Source: Tagaea sp. (lineage in GTDB: Bacteria > Pseudomonadota > Alphaproteobacteria > CACIAM-22H2). Taken from it: 64,000 nt of DNA. The stretch lies in NCBI GenBank assembly GCA_965279525.1, contig CBDIIB010000003.1, positions 192,001 through 256,000 on the forward strand, given 5' to 3'. Below, piece after piece: positions 29,773-39,896 of the stretch (positions within the stretch are counted from its first letter, which is position 1; the number at the start of each line of letters is the position of its first letter). The translations under genes were made by a program, and so were the position numbers. The notes beneath the pieces are model-generated. The model did no database searches. It was not told the origin of the DNA and saw nothing but the letters and a program-made list of their open reading frames with translations.

Positions 29773-31352
29773 CTGGGCGAACTCTTTCCAAGAACGAGAT
29801 CGGCGCCTTTTTCGGCCACCATGATCGTCGGGGCGTTCGTGTTGCCGGATGTTACCGTCGGAAAAACCGATGCGTCGATCACCCGGAGCCCTTCGATTCC
29901 GTAGACGCGCAAATCCGAGTCGACGACATCGCCTTGCGCATCGGGTCCCATCCGGCACGTGCCGACCGGGTGGAACACGGTCGAACTGCGCCGGCGGATG
30001 TCGGCAAGATGTTCGTCGTCGGTGCGGACGCCCGGTCCCGGCAGCATCTCGGCTTCGATGACGGCACCCAGGGATGGTGCCGCCGCAAGGCGTCGGAGCA
30101 GCCGGGCGCCTTCGATCATCTCGCGGACGTCGTGCTCGGTCGACAGCGAGTTCGGGAAGATCGCGGGCGGTTCTGCCGGATCGTTCGAGGCGATCTCGAC
30201 ATGGCCACGACTGGACGGGCGGCAGGGTTGTGCGCTCAGCAGGAAGCCCGGAAACGGATCGGGGCGCATCAGCGGCCGTTTGCCCGGCGGCGTGCGCGTG
30301 TAGCTGAGTGGCGAAAAATAGATCTGCATGTTCGGTCGGTCGAGTGCGGCACGCGAACGTACGAACCCGCCGCCCTGGTTGACGCTGAGCGCCAGTGGCC
30401 CCTTGCGGAACAACACGTATCGCAGGCCCGCCGCAATCTTGCCGCGCCATGAGCCGAGTTGCTGGTTCAGCGTGGGTACGCGCGCACGGTAGAGATGGTC
30501 GATGCAAAGATGATCCTGGAGATTTCGGCCCACGCCCGGATGGTCGCGCACGACCGCGATCCCGTGTGCTTTCAGGAGCCGGAATGGCCCGATGCCCGAC
30601 AATTGAAGCAGCTTGGGCGAATTGACGCTGCCGGCCGCGAGCAGCACCTCGCGTCGCGCCCGCGCGACGTGACGGGTATTGCCCCTCATGTACTCCACGC
30701 AGCTGGCCCGGCGGCCATCGAACACGATGCGGGTCGCAAGCGCGCGAGTCTCGACCTGGAGGTTTCCCCGGCGCATCGCCGGATGCAGATAGGCGCGGGC
30801 GGTCGATTGGCGCAGGCCGCCTTTCGTCGCGATCCGGTAGATGCCCACGCCTTCCGGATCGCCTGCGTTGAAGTCGGGGTTGAACGTAAAGCCGGCTTCA
30901 CGCCCTGCCGCCAGAAATGCGTCGCACAGTGGATGCACGTCGGTCGCGACATCGTTGCTTGCGATGCACTGCTCGGCCCGCTCGAAATAGGGCCATAAGC
31001 CGTCGGCCGACCAGCCTGCGTTTCCCTCCGCCGCCCAGTCATCGAAATCCCGTTTGTGGCCGAAGACATGCACCATTGCATTGATCGAACTCGATCCGCC
31101 GAGGACCTTGCCGCGCGGCCAGTAGCCGCGCCGGTTTTCGAGTTCAGGATCCGGTTCGGTGCGGTACATCCAGTTCACTTCGGGATCGAAGAATGACATG
31201 CCGTAGCCGATCGGTACCTGGATCTGGAAGCGTCGGTCGCTTCCACCAGCCTCAAGAAGCAGCACCTTGCTGAAGCCATCGGCACTGAGACGGTTGGCGA
31301 GCACGCAACCGGCCGACCCTGCGCCGACGACGATGTAGTCGACCTCGATCAT
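29769..31352 (-). CDS. GMC family oxidoreductase (choline dehydrogenase-like)
   Basis: DYIVVGAGSAGC, PRGKVLGGSSSINAM, NLQDH, FHPVGTCRMG, GNTNAPTIMVAEK. Confidence 0.93.
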   Translation of the reverse strand: MIEVDYIVVGAGSAGCVLANRLSADGFSKVLLLEAGGSDRRFQIQVPIGYGMSFFDPEVNWMYRTEPDPELENRRGYWPRGKVLGGSSSINAMVHVFGHKRDFDDWAAEGNAGWSADGLWPYFERAEQCIASNDVATDVHPLCDAFLAAGREAGFTFNPDFNAGDPEGVGIYRIATKGGLRQSTARAYLHPAMRRGNLQVETRALATRIVFDGRRASCVEYMRGNTRHVARARREVLLAAGSVNSPKLLQLSGIGPFRLLKAHGIAVVRDHPGVGRNLQDHLCIDHLYRARVPTLNQQLGSWRGKIAAGLRYVLFRKGPLALSVNQGGGFVRSRAALDRPNMQIYFSPLSYTRTPPGKRPLMRPDPFPGFLLSAQPCRPSSRGHVEIASNDPAEPPAIFPNSLSTEHDVREMIEGARLLRRLAAAPSLGAVIEAEMLPGPGVRTDDEHLADIRRRSSTVFHPVGTCRMGPDAQGDVVDSDLRVYGIEGLRVIDASVFPTVTSGNTNAPTIMVAEKGADLVLGKSSPR

Positions 31353-31407
31353 GCACGGACCGTCCCATTGAATTGGCCCGGCCGCGAGGTCCAGTCTGGA
31401 GAGAATC

Positions 31408-32922
31408 TCATACCATTCTGCGGCGCGCACGACGCGCCAGCGATTCGAGGGCAGGGGCCAGCTTCGCGATTCCCTCCTTTATGTCGCGCGGGTTCACGGC
31501 ACCGAAGCCAAGTACGAGACCGTTGTCTTTCGTCGGAGAGATAGAAAAGCGCGCTATCGGCGAGACGATCACGCCCATTTCGGCGGCCGCATCGGTCGCG
31601 GCACGTTCGGAGATGCCTTTCGCAAGGCGGCCGATCGTGTGCAGGCCACTTTCGGTCGGCACGATCTGAAGCAGGTCACCCAGCTTCCGGCGAGATTCTT
31701 CGCAGAGTGCCGCGTGCCGCTCCGCGTAGACGCGGCGCATGCGCCGGACATGCGTCGCGAAATATCCTTCGTGGATGAAGTCTGCGACGATCGCCTGCAC
31801 GCTGGTCGGCACGCCCTGGATGAAGGAAGCCGAGATGCGCTCGAACGTTTCGACGAGTGTGGGCGGGACCAGCATGAAGCCCAATCGCAGGGCCGGAAAG
31901 AGCGATTTGCTGAAGGTACCGACATAGATCACGAGCCCGGTCTGGTCGACGCTCTTGAGCGTGGGAAGTGGACGCCGTCCGAAGGAGAACTCGCCGTCAT
32001 AGTCGTCTTCGATGATCCAGGCACCCGCCTGCTCCGCGGCCCGCAGCAGCGCGAATCGGCGCTTCAGACTCATGATGTAGCCGAGCGGCTGTTGATGCGA
32101 CGGCGTCACGAAGGCGAGTCGGAATTTCGCACTCTGCCGCAAGCCTTCGTCGACCTGCAGCCCCTCCCGGTCAATGGGTACAGGAACGAGGTCGGCTCCG
32201 CATGCGACCAGCCCGTTGCGCGCGCCGATGGCGCCGGGATTCTCGAACCAGACCTTGTCGCCCGGATTCAGCAGGGCCGCCCCGATCTGGTAAAATGCCT
32301 GCTGCGCGCCGCCGACGACGAATATCTGGCCCTTGTCGCAGGAAATGCCCCGGTTGCCGCGCAGGTGCGTGGCGATTGCCTCGCGCAGGTGCGGATGGCC
32401 ATAGGGCTCACCGTATCCCATGACGTCGTCGCGCGCTCCGCGCCAGTGTTTGGCCGCGACGCGTGCCCACTGGGCCATCGGAAACGCGTCGTAGGCGGGC
32501 AAGGCCGTCACAAAGGCGCGCGGACGATGTGGCAGGCGCTCGCGCCGGGAGAAGTGCGCGAAGGCCCAGCCCATCGCCCGCGAGAGCTGCGGCTGCTTCT
32601 GCTGGACGGACACCTTGCCGGTTCGCGGCGGCGGGTGCGGCCGCTCGGTGCGCATCGCGTCGCTGACGAAGCTGCCCGAGCCGACGCGCGAGACGATCAG
32701 GCCCTCGGCAAGCAGCCGCTCGAACGCCTCGATGACGGTGGTGCGCGAGATTCCCAGGTCACGCGCAAGCGTTCGCGTGGCCGGCAGCCGGACGCCCGTT
32801 CCGATCCCGCCCGAAAGCATCAATTCGCGCAATCCGACATAGAGCTGCGTGCCGATCGGGCGAGAGGACGCGGGATCGATCTGGATCCCAAGCAGCAATG
32901 CTCCGCCCGCCCGCTTCACCAT
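31408..32922 (-). CDS. MocR/GabR family (GntR plus PLP aminotransferase domain) regulator
   Basis: LPATRTLARDLGISRTTV; TPSHQQPLG; IIEDDYD; GTFSKSLFPALRLG. Confidence 0.93.
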   Translation of the reverse strand: MVKRAGGALLLGIQIDPASSRPIGTQLYVGLRELMLSGGIGTGVRLPATRTLARDLGISRTTVIEAFERLLAEGLIVSRVGSGSFVSDAMRTERPHPPPRTGKVSVQQKQPQLSRAMGWAFAHFSRRERLPHRPRAFVTALPAYDAFPMAQWARVAAKHWRGARDDVMGYGEPYGHPHLREAIATHLRGNRGISCDKGQIFVVGGAQQAFYQIGAALLNPGDKVWFENPGAIGARNGLVACGADLVPVPIDREGLQVDEGLRQSAKFRLAFVTPSHQQPLGYIMSLKRRFALLRAAEQAGAWIIEDDYDGEFSFGRRPLPTLKSVDQTGLVIYVGTFSKSLFPALRLGFMLVPPTLVETFERISASFIQGVPTSVQAIVADFIHEGYFATHVRRMRRVYAERHAALCEESRRKLGDLLQIVPTESGLHTIGRLAKGISERAATDAAAEMGVIVSPIARFSISPTKDNGLVLGFGAVNPRDIKEGIAKLAPALESLARRARRRMV

Positions 32923-32954
32923 TGCTTCCGCTCCGCCATTGGCCGTGCTTCCAA

Positions 32955-33000
32955 AATGGTATCATAGAATTTATAGATTGGACCTACGAATGCGGCCATT
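32955..33000. promoter_or_regulatory. Candidate MocR-type binding boxes
   Basis: AATGGTA (32955) and ATTGGAC (32977) lie 22 bp apart, with inverted GGCCATT (32994), in the divergent promoter. This matches the direct-plus-inverted layout known for MocR regulators. Confidence 0.45.
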
Positions 33001-33045
33001 GAACCGGGATGATCCGGACCATCGACACTCCGGACCCGGCACGCC

Positions 33046-34152
33046 ATGAAAATCCGCAAGATCGAGACGTTCTGCGATGAGTTCGTCGGCTTCGTGCGCG
33101 TGACGGCAGAAGATGGCGCCGAAGGCTGGGGTCAGGTCTCGACCTACAACGCCGATATCACCTCTTTGATCCTCCACCGGCAGGTGGCACCTTGGTCCCT
33201 GGGGCATGACGCGGCCGACATTGCCGGGATCATCGATCTCATTCCCGAGCGCGAGCACAAGTTTCCCGGCAGCTATCTCTGCCGCGCGATGACGGGGCTC
33301 GACACCGCCCTTTGGGATATGGCCGGCAAGCGCGCGAAGAAGAGCGTGTGCGAGCTGATCGGGGGGACGCCGGGGAAGCTGCGAGCCTATGCCTCGTCGA
33401 TGAAGCGCGACATCAGTCCGCGGGGCGAGGCCGAACGTTTTGAGCGTCTTCGGGACCGTTTCGGATTTGACGCGTTCAAGTTCCGCGTCGGTGCCGAATA
33501 TGGCCACGACATCGACGAGTGGCCGGGCCGCACCGAGGAAATCGTGCCGACGGTGCGCAAGGCGCTGGGCGACAAGATCGATCTGCTGGTTGACGCAAAC
33601 AGCGCATTCTCGCCCAAGCGCGCCATCGAAGTCGGCCGTCTTCTCGAGGCGAACGGGATCGGCCACTTCGAAGAGCCCTGCCCATACTGGGAACTCGAGC
33701 AGACAAGAAGCGTCCGCGAGGCGCTTTCGCTCGACGTCACCGGTGGCGAGCAGGACTGCTATATCCCGATCTGGCGCCATATGATCGAAATGGGTGCCGT
33801 CGACATCGTGCAGCCGGACGTCTGCTATATGGGCGGTTTGGTGCGCACGCTGCGGGTCGCCGCAATGGCGCACGCGGCCGGAATTCCATGCACGCCGCAC
33901 AGCGCGAACCTCTCGATGGTCACGCTGTTCACGATGCATCTGCTCCGTGCCATCCCGAACGCGGGCAAGTACCTGGAGTTCTCGATCGAAGGTGCCGACT
34001 ACTACCCTTGGCAGGACGGGCTGTTCCGCAAGTCGCCTTACGACGTCGTCGACGGGCACGTCCACGTCACGGACGAGCCGGGCTGGGGGGTCGAGATCGA
34101 TCCGGCATGGCTCGACAAGTCGACCTATCAGGCGAGCGAGGTCCCGGCCTGA
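33046..34152 (+). CDS. Mandelate racemase/muconate lactonizing enzyme (enolase superfamily) protein
   Basis: GLDTALWDMAGK; metal ligands in DAN, EEP, GGEQ; QPDV; PHSA. Confidence 0.92.
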   Translation: MKIRKIETFCDEFVGFVRVTAEDGAEGWGQVSTYNADITSLILHRQVAPWSLGHDAADIAGIIDLIPEREHKFPGSYLCRAMTGLDTALWDMAGKRAKKSVCELIGGTPGKLRAYASSMKRDISPRGEAERFERLRDRFGFDAFKFRVGAEYGHDIDEWPGRTEEIVPTVRKALGDKIDLLVDANSAFSPKRAIEVGRLLEANGIGHFEEPCPYWELEQTRSVREALSLDVTGGEQDCYIPIWRHMIEMGAVDIVQPDVCYMGGLVRTLRVAAMAHAAGIPCTPHSANLSMVTLFTMHLLRAIPNAGKYLEFSIEGADYYPWQDGLFRKSPYDVVDGHVHVTDEPGWGVEIDPAWLDKSTYQASEVPA

Positions 34153-35645
34153 TGCCGGCGGGCTTCGCCGAACTGACGGCCGAAGCGCTGGCAACCGGTA
34201 CGTTGTCCGGCTTGCCTGACCGCCATGTGATCGACGGTGTCGCATTGCCGGCGGCGAAGGGGCGGCGGATGGACGTCTTCGATCCGGGAACCGGCCGGGT
34301 CTTCACGCAGGTTTCCGCCGGCGACGCGGAGGATGTCGATGCCGCGGTTCTCGCTGCAAGGCGCGCGCTCAAGGGCCCGTGGGGCCGGATCGTTCCGGCC
34401 GAGCGCGGCCGCGTCCTTGCCCGCGCTGCGGCAATGATCCGGGCAGAAGCCGAACGTCTGGCGGTCGTCGAGACGCTGGATTCCGGCAAGCGGCTTGTCG
34501 AGGCGAAGGGAGACGTCGCGGGAGCGGCACGGGCGTTCGAATACTACGCAGGTGCCTGCGACAAGCTGCAGGGCGAGAGTATCCCGCTGGGGCCGGACTA
34601 CCTTGCCTATACGCTGAACGAGCCGGCGGGGGTGGCCGCGCAGATCGTGCCCTGGAACTACCCGATTTCCACGCTGGCGCGCGGGCTGGCACCTGCACTT
34701 GCAGCCGGTTGCGCCGTCGTCGCCAAGCCTGCGGAGCAGACGCCGCTTACGGCCTTGATGCTCGCCGATCTTCTGTTGCGGGCTGGCCTGCCGGCGGGGG
34801 TGTTCAATGTCGTGACCGGGACGGGAGCCGACGCCGGTGCGCCGCTGGTGGCACACCCGGGCGTCGATCACATCACGTTTACGGGTTCCGTCGCGACCGG
34901 CATCGGCGTAATGCGCGCGGCGGCCGCCAACGTCACGCGACTTGTGCTGGAGCTTGGCGGCAAGTCGCCGGTCGTGGTCCTAGCCGATGCCGATCTGGAT
35001 GCCGCCCTCGAGGGCGTTCTGGGCGCCATATTCGAGAACGCCGGTCAGATCTGCTCGGCCGGCTCGCGGTTGATCGTCGAGCGGCGCATCCACGCTGCCT
35101 TTGTCGAGCGTGTCGCCGCCCGCGCACGCGCCATGAAGCTCGGTCACGGGCTCCGGCCGTGCGACATGGGGCCGGTCAATTCGCCGCTCCAGCTCGATCG
35201 CATCTCTGGCTTCGTCGATCGAGCGACGGCACGAGGCGCCAATCTGCTGTGCGGCGGCCGGCGCGACGTCGATCCGGAAAGCGGTCGCGGCTGGTTCTAC
35301 CAGCCGACAGTCCTCGACGACCTGGCGCCGGGCGACGAAGCGGTGACCTCGGAGATATTCGGCCCGGTTTTGGCGGTGCAGGTTGCCGACGATGTCGCGC
35401 ATGCCGCCGAACTTGCCAACGGAACGGAGTTCGCGCTCGTGGCCGGCATCTACACGAGCGATTTTGCCACGGCGCACCGGCTGGCCCGCGAGATCGATGC
35501 CGGCCAAGTCTACATCAACGAGTACTTCGCCGGTGGCATCGAGACGCCATTCGGCGGCAACCGCAAATCGGGATTCGGGCGCGAGAAAGGCATCGAAGCC
35601 TTGCGTAGCTACTGTAGGGTCAAGAGCGTAGCGGCGCGTCTGTAA
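34152..35645 (+). CDS. Aldehyde dehydrogenase
   Basis: PWNYP, KPAEQTP, FTGS, ELGGKSP, GQICSAGSR, EIFGPV; TGATG overlap. Confidence 0.95.
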   Translation: MPAGFAELTAEALATGTLSGLPDRHVIDGVALPAAKGRRMDVFDPGTGRVFTQVSAGDAEDVDAAVLAARRALKGPWGRIVPAERGRVLARAAAMIRAEAERLAVVETLDSGKRLVEAKGDVAGAARAFEYYAGACDKLQGESIPLGPDYLAYTLNEPAGVAAQIVPWNYPISTLARGLAPALAAGCAVVAKPAEQTPLTALMLADLLLRAGLPAGVFNVVTGTGADAGAPLVAHPGVDHITFTGSVATGIGVMRAAAANVTRLVLELGGKSPVVVLADADLDAALEGVLGAIFENAGQICSAGSRLIVERRIHAAFVERVAARARAMKLGHGLRPCDMGPVNSPLQLDRISGFVDRATARGANLLCGGRRDVDPESGRGWFYQPTVLDDLAPGDEAVTSEIFGPVLAVQVADDVAHAAELANGTEFALVAGIYTSDFATAHRLAREIDAGQVYINEYFAGGIETPFGGNRKSGFGREKGIEALRSYCRVKSVAARL

Positions 35646-35732
35646 ATGGTATTGCGGACGGTTCCAGAATGGCCCTGTTCTACCGACCAAAATAGCGTCG
35701 ACACTTGTCGTCGCATCAAAAGGAGGCCCGCC

Positions 35733-36797
35733 ATGAACATGAAGCCAAGAACACTTTCGATCCTCGCCGCGGTGCTGATGGGAAGTGCAGCACTCACGCT
35801 CGCGACACGCGACGCGAATGCCCAGACGATCACGGTCGTTTCCTTCGGCGGTTCCTATCAGGACGGCCAGAGCAAGGCCCTGTTCCAGCCTGCCGCAAAG
35901 GCACTCGGGATCACCGTCAAGGAAGAGACCTATACGGGCATTGCCGACCTGCGGCTCAAGGTGAGGGCCAATGCCGTGACCTGGGACATCGTCGCCAGCG
36001 GCTCGGGCAGTGCCGCGCGGGCGGGCGCCGAAGGCATCCTCGAGAAGCTCGACTACAAGATCATCGATACGAAGGACTTCCTGCCGAATCTTGCCGGCGA
36101 ATACTGTGTCGGCGGCGACGTGTTCTCGACCGTGCTCGCCTGGAACACCAAGACCTACGGCAACAACGGCCCGCAGAGCTGGGCGGACTTCTGGGACGTC
36201 AAGAAGTTTCCCGGCAAGCGTTCCTACCGCAAGGGTGTTGCAGGCGCTCTCGAGCCGGCCCTGATGGCTGACGGCGTGGCGCCGGCGGATGTCTACAAGG
36301 TACTGGGGGCACCCGGCGGCATCGAGCGCGCGATCAAAAAGATCAAGGAACTGAAGCCGCACGTCGCCGTGTGGTGGTCGTCCGGGGCGCAGCATGCGCA
36401 GCTTATGAAGGACGGCGAAGTCGACATGATCACCGGCTGGAACGGCCGCTTCGACGTGGTTGCGAAGGACGGTGCGCAGGTCGCATACACCTTCAACCAA
36501 GCGCTGCTCGACTATGACTGCTTCGGCATTCCCAAGGGCGCGCCGAACAAGGACCTCGCCATGAAGTTCCTGGCCGAGGTCAGCAAGCCGCAGTACCAGG
36601 CAGAGTTCACGAAGTACATCACCTACGGGCCGACCAACAAGAAGGCCTACGACCTCGGGACCATCGACGCGGCCTATGCCAAGCGGCTGCCGTCGCATCC
36701 GGACAATGCGGCCAAGCAGGTCACGGTCGATCTCGAATGGTACATCAAGTTCGAGGCGCAGGCCGCGGCCGCCTACGAGAACATGCTGACCGAATAG
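35733..36797 (+). CDS. Polyamine/opine-type ABC transporter substrate-binding protein (PotD/PotF-like)
   Basis: AGGAGG RBS; signal peptide; SFGGSYQ, PQSWADFWDVKKFPGKR, WNGR. Confidence 0.92.
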   Translation: MNMKPRTLSILAAVLMGSAALTLATRDANAQTITVVSFGGSYQDGQSKALFQPAAKALGITVKEETYTGIADLRLKVRANAVTWDIVASGSGSAARAGAEGILEKLDYKIIDTKDFLPNLAGEYCVGGDVFSTVLAWNTKTYGNNGPQSWADFWDVKKFPGKRSYRKGVAGALEPALMADGVAPADVYKVLGAPGGIERAIKKIKELKPHVAVWWSSGAQHAQLMKDGEVDMITGWNGRFDVVAKDGAQVAYTFNQALLDYDCFGIPKGAPNKDLAMKFLAEVSKPQYQAEFTKYITYGPTNKKAYDLGTIDAAYAKRLPSHPDNAAKQVTVDLEWYIKFEAQAAAAYENMLTE

Positions 36798-36805
36798 GCG
36801 ACTGG

Positions 36806-36839
36806 CGGAATGCGGCGTGCACCGGCACGCCGCATTCCG
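36806..36839 (+). terminator. Perfect 15-bp stem hairpin after the SBP gene
   Basis: CGGAATGCGGCGTGC-ACCG-GCACGCCGCATTCCG followed by TTCCC. Confidence 0.7.
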
Positions 36840-36869
36840 TTCCCGCCGGACGACGGATAGAGTGTGGAC

Positions 36870-37946
36870 ATGGCACGCGAGGCAGCACTCCCCATCACCA
36901 TCCGGCAGTTGACCAAGAGCTACGGCAAGCTCCGGGTCCTCGATTCGGTCGATCTTGATATCCGCAGCGGCGAGTTCCTCACGCTGCTGGGCCCGTCAGG
37001 GTCGGGCAAGACGACCTTGCTGATGATGCTGGCCGGGTTCGTACGTCCCGATCACGGCAGCCTGAAATTCGGAGATCGTGAAGTCATCCGACTGGCGCCT
37101 CACAAGCGCGACGTCGGGATGGTCTTTCAGAACTATGCGCTGTTCCCGCACATGGATGTGGCGGCAAACATCGCGTTCCCGTTGAAGCTGCGTGGCATTG
37201 CAGGCGGCGAGGTCGGCCGGCGTGTCGAGCAGGCGCTCGAACTCGTCAAGCTTGGCGGATATGGCGCGCGACGGATAGACCAGCTCTCCGGCGGTCAGCG
37301 CCAGCGCATCGCGCTCGCTCGCGCGATCGTCTTCGAGCCGCGTATCCTCCTGATGGACGAGCCGCTGTCCGCCCTCGACAAGCAGCTTCGCGAGCATATG
37401 CAGATCGAGCTCCGCCAGCTTCACGAACGTCTCGGGATGACGACGGTCTATGTCACGCACGACCAGCGCGAGGCGTTGACGATGTCGGACCGTATCGCGG
37501 TCATCGACCAAGGCAGCATCATGCAGATTGCCCCGCCGCGCGATCTGTACGAGCGTCCGGCCAATCGTTTCGTTGCCGAGTTCATCGGGGAATCGACGTT
37601 CGTTCCGGTCGACGTGGCGGATGGCGAATGCCGTCTCGACGGCACGACGCTGCGGCTGGCGGAGCGCCCGGCAGGCAAGGGCGGGCGCCTGCTGATGATC
37701 CGGCCCGAGCGGCTTGCGATCCTCGGTGACGGACCGGCTGATGATTTCAACGTACTGCCCGCGAAGGTCCTGGCCGCGATCTACCAGGGCGACAGCGTCC
37801 TGCTGCATGCCGCGATCGGCGGCGGTACGCGCGTCGCCGTGCGTGGCACGGCATCCGGCCGGTTGCCGCGCGCCGGCGACGTTCTGCGCCTCGGCCTTCG
37901 TCCGGCTGACACCTATCTGCTTTCCGAAAGCGAGCCATCTTCGTGA
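36870..37946 (+). CDS. PotA-like ABC transporter ATP-binding protein
   Basis: [25 protein letters not shown]-like C-terminus. Confidence 0.95.
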   Translation: MAREAALPITIRQLTKSYGKLRVLDSVDLDIRSGEFLTLLGPSGSGKTTLLMMLAGFVRPDHGSLKFGDREVIRLAPHKRDVGMVFQNYALFPHMDVAANIAFPLKLRGIAGGEVGRRVEQALELVKLGGYGARRIDQLSGGQRQRIALARAIVFEPRILLMDEPLSALDKQLREHMQIELRQLHERLGMTTVYVTHDQREALTMSDRIAVIDQGSIMQIAPPRDLYERPANRFVAEFIGESTFVPVDVADGECRLDGTTLRLAERPAGKGGRLLMIRPERLAILGDGPADDFNVLPAKVLAAIYQGDSVLLHAAIGGGTRVAVRGTASGRLPRAGDVLRLGLRPADTYLLSESEPSS

Positions 37947-38830
37947 CGCAGGCCGCGCTCAACGCGACCGGGCTGCGTCGCGACGCGTTCCTCGAACGTC
38001 TGGCGTTGTTCGGTCTCAGCGGGCCGGCGGTGCTGCTGGTCTTCGTGACGATGGTGCTTCCCGTCGGCTGGCTGTTCTGGCTGTCGTTCCTCGACGACAC
38101 CGGCGCGCTCAGTCTCGAGCATTATCGACGCATGATCGAGCAGCCGTCCTATGGGCGCACATTCCGCACGACATTCGAAGTCAGCCTCCTGACCACCGGA
38201 ATCTGCGTTGCGCTTGGCTATCCTCTTGCCTATGTGCTGTCACAGTTACCGCGGCGAGTGGCAAATCTCTGCATGATCGCGGTCATGCTGCCTTTCTGGA
38301 CGTCACTCCTGGTGCGGACATACGCATGGCTTGTACTTCTTCAGCGGCGCGGGGTCGTCAATAGTTGGGGAATCAAGCTCGGACTTTGGGACGAGCCGCT
38401 GACGCTGGTGAACAACCTGAATGGCACGCTGATCGGGATGGTCCACATCATGCTGCCGTTCCTCGTGCTTCCGGTCTACGGATCGATGCGCGCGATCGAC
38501 CGGGATTTCCTCAAGGCCGCCGCCAATCTGGGTGCAAGTCCGGTACGCGCGTTCTGGCAGGTCTTCCTGCCGCTCTCGATGCCGGGCCTCGTCGCGGGGG
38601 TCCTCATCGTTTTCATCCTTTGCCTCGGCTTCTATGTCACCCCGGCCGTCCTCGGCGGCGGCAAGGTCACGATGGTGGCCAACCGAATCGCGACCGACAT
38701 CGAGGTTTTCTTCAACTGGGGAGCGGCGAGTGCGCTCGGTGTCGTGCTCTTCGTACTGACGATGGTCCTTCTCTATATCGCGGCCCGCTTGGTCGGGTTG
38801 AACCGCGTGCTGGGCGGGAGCGACTCATGA
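37943..38830 (+). CDS. PotB-like ABC permease
   Basis: PFWTSLLVRTYAW; AAANLGAS. Confidence 0.93.
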   Translation: MTQAALNATGLRRDAFLERLALFGLSGPAVLLVFVTMVLPVGWLFWLSFLDDTGALSLEHYRRMIEQPSYGRTFRTTFEVSLLTTGICVALGYPLAYVLSQLPRRVANLCMIAVMLPFWTSLLVRTYAWLVLLQRRGVVNSWGIKLGLWDEPLTLVNNLNGTLIGMVHIMLPFLVLPVYGSMRAIDRDFLKAAANLGASPVRAFWQVFLPLSMPGLVAGVLIVFILCLGFYVTPAVLGGGKVTMVANRIATDIEVFFNWGAASALGVVLFVLTMVLLYIAARLVGLNRVLGGSDS

Positions 38831-39642
38831 GGTGGCTCGACAATGCCGCAAGCGAGACACAGATCACGCACCGGCACCGGCTCTGGCTCTACGTGCTCGC
38901 TGGATTCGTCATGATTTTCCTCATGCTGCCGACACTCATCGTCATCCCGATGTCCTTCTCGGAGTCGCAGTATCTCGAGTTTCCGCCGCGCGAATGGTCG
39001 CTGCGCTGGTATCGGAACTATTTCGACTCCGTCTCGTGGATGCAGGCGACGGCGACGTCCTTCAAAGCCGGGATCCTGACCATGCTGGTCTCGACCACGG
39101 TCGGAACGATGGCCGCCTACGGCCTGCACACGTCGCGGTTCCGCTGGACCGGCCCGATACTGGCGCTTCTTCTGACGCCCATCATCGTCCCGGTAATCCT
39201 TGTCGGCATCGGTGTCTTCTATGCGTATGTGCGGCTCGGGCTCGTGAATACGCTGACGGGCATCGTGCTTGCGCACAGCATGCTCGCAATCCCGCTGGTC
39301 GTGATGGTCGTTTCGTCGGCGCTCAAGAGCTTCGACATGAACCAGGAACTGGTCGCGCGCAGCCTCGGCGCCTCCCGTCCGCGCGCCTTCTTCCTCGTCA
39401 CGCTGCCGCAGATCCGTTTCGCGGTCATCACCGGCGCGGTGCTTTCGTTCCTGACATCGTTCGACGAAGTGATCGTGGCGCTTTTCATCTCCGGCGGTCC
39501 GAATTCGACGCTGACGCGGAACATGTTCGCAGCGCTGCGCGATCAGATCGATCCGACGATCGCGGCGATCTCGACGCTCGTGGTTCTTCTCACATCGGCG
39601 CTTCTGGCCCTGTCCCAGCTGCTCGGCAAGTCGGAGCGTTGA
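38827..39642 (+). CDS. PotC-like ABC permease
   Basis: SLRWY, ARSLGAS, SFDEV; ATGA overlap at 38827. Confidence 0.93.
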   Translation: MRWLDNAASETQITHRHRLWLYVLAGFVMIFLMLPTLIVIPMSFSESQYLEFPPREWSLRWYRNYFDSVSWMQATATSFKAGILTMLVSTTVGTMAAYGLHTSRFRWTGPILALLLTPIIVPVILVGIGVFYAYVRLGLVNTLTGIVLAHSMLAIPLVVMVVSSALKSFDMNQELVARSLGASRPRAFFLVTLPQIRFAVITGAVLSFLTSFDEVIVALFISGGPNSTLTRNMFAALRDQIDPTIAAISTLVVLLTSALLALSQLLGKSER

Positions 39643-39896
39643 TACGTTTCATCCCGTCGTCATTCGACTTTGTCTGCTGAAAATTCCTTCTCGATCTGTC
39701 GAGCGTCAGTCCAATTAACGACCTAATTTTCAGCGGTTAGCCCGCTCGCTGCCCTGCAACGCCTCGACGGCCGGTCGAGTGATTCCGGTGGAATATCAAG
39801 GCAGCATGAGCGTTCTCTCGATGCGTCGGCCATAAGATTGCGTTGGCAAATTAATGCACCCATAATGGTTGAATAACCCGGGAGCATCGTCAGAAA

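Noticed and set aside
39843-39858. Sigma-54 promoter (TTGGCAAATTAATGCA) upstream of the motor operon
   Set aside because: GG-to-GC spacing is 9 nt rather than the required 10.
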